This document shows positions 63,801-64,000 of a DNA stretch of 64,000 nucleotides, piece after piece. The position numbers and the translations under genes were made by a program. The first letter of the stretch is position 1. Every line of letters starts with the position of its first letter. Origin of the DNA: the human T2T-CHM13v2.0 reference genome, Homo sapiens; contig CP068257.2 of the NCBI GenBank assembly GCA_009914755.4, forward strand, positions 24,768,001 through 24,832,000. Direction: 5' to 3'. The notes under the pieces were generated by a model that was not told where the DNA came from, searched no databases, and saw only the letters and a list, made by a program, of their open reading frames with translations.

Positions 63801-64000
63801 TTTTCTCGAGAAATGAGATCTGTTGAGAAATCACCTGCTGCGAGTGAGAAGGCTGAGGAGATTTTTGAGTTTTGAGATGAAAGAATAATGCATGAGATGG
63901 TTAACTCAGGAAGTGGAAAGGGACATTCACATCACCTTTTTACTCTAATTAAAATCTGATTTTCCAGGAGAGCATGGCTTCCTCAGCAGCACTACCAAAG

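Overview
This window is primate nuclear DNA, hominoid-type and most likely human, not prokaryotic. It is AT-rich and CpG-poor. By eye, well over a third of it is interspersed repeats: about 13 Alu elements, several L1 3' ends (old L1M and younger L1PA-type), L2 and MIR fragments, MaLR-family LTRs (THE1/MST/MLT1-like), a MADE1 mariner MITE and other DNA-transposon relics, and many dinucleotide microsatellites. It looks like gene-poor intergenic or intronic sequence. I find no complete gene, rRNA, tRNA, CRISPR array or operon, and nothing that supports a novel prokaryotic-style system. Almost every ORF in the six-frame track is either chance reading through repeats or repeat-derived (L1 ORF2 C-terminus, MaLR internal ORF remnant). 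The one gene-like signal is a minus-strand candidate terminal coding exon at about 58626-58763. It has a strong splice acceptor, three PPxY motifs, CpG retention, a stop codon and a downstream AATAAA. Other points worth a second look are listed in the findings. They include a full-length THE1-like element with 5-bp target-site duplications nested in an L1M, a large old inverted repeat interrupted by a THE1 solo LTR, a perfect 2-copy 97-bp tandem duplication, a young AluY with intact CpGs, an intact MADE1 palindrome (miR-548-type hairpin source), and several CpG-retaining patches in non-repeat DNA. Repeat family and subfamily names and all boundaries (often only to about 10 bp) are from memory of consensus sequences, not from a search.
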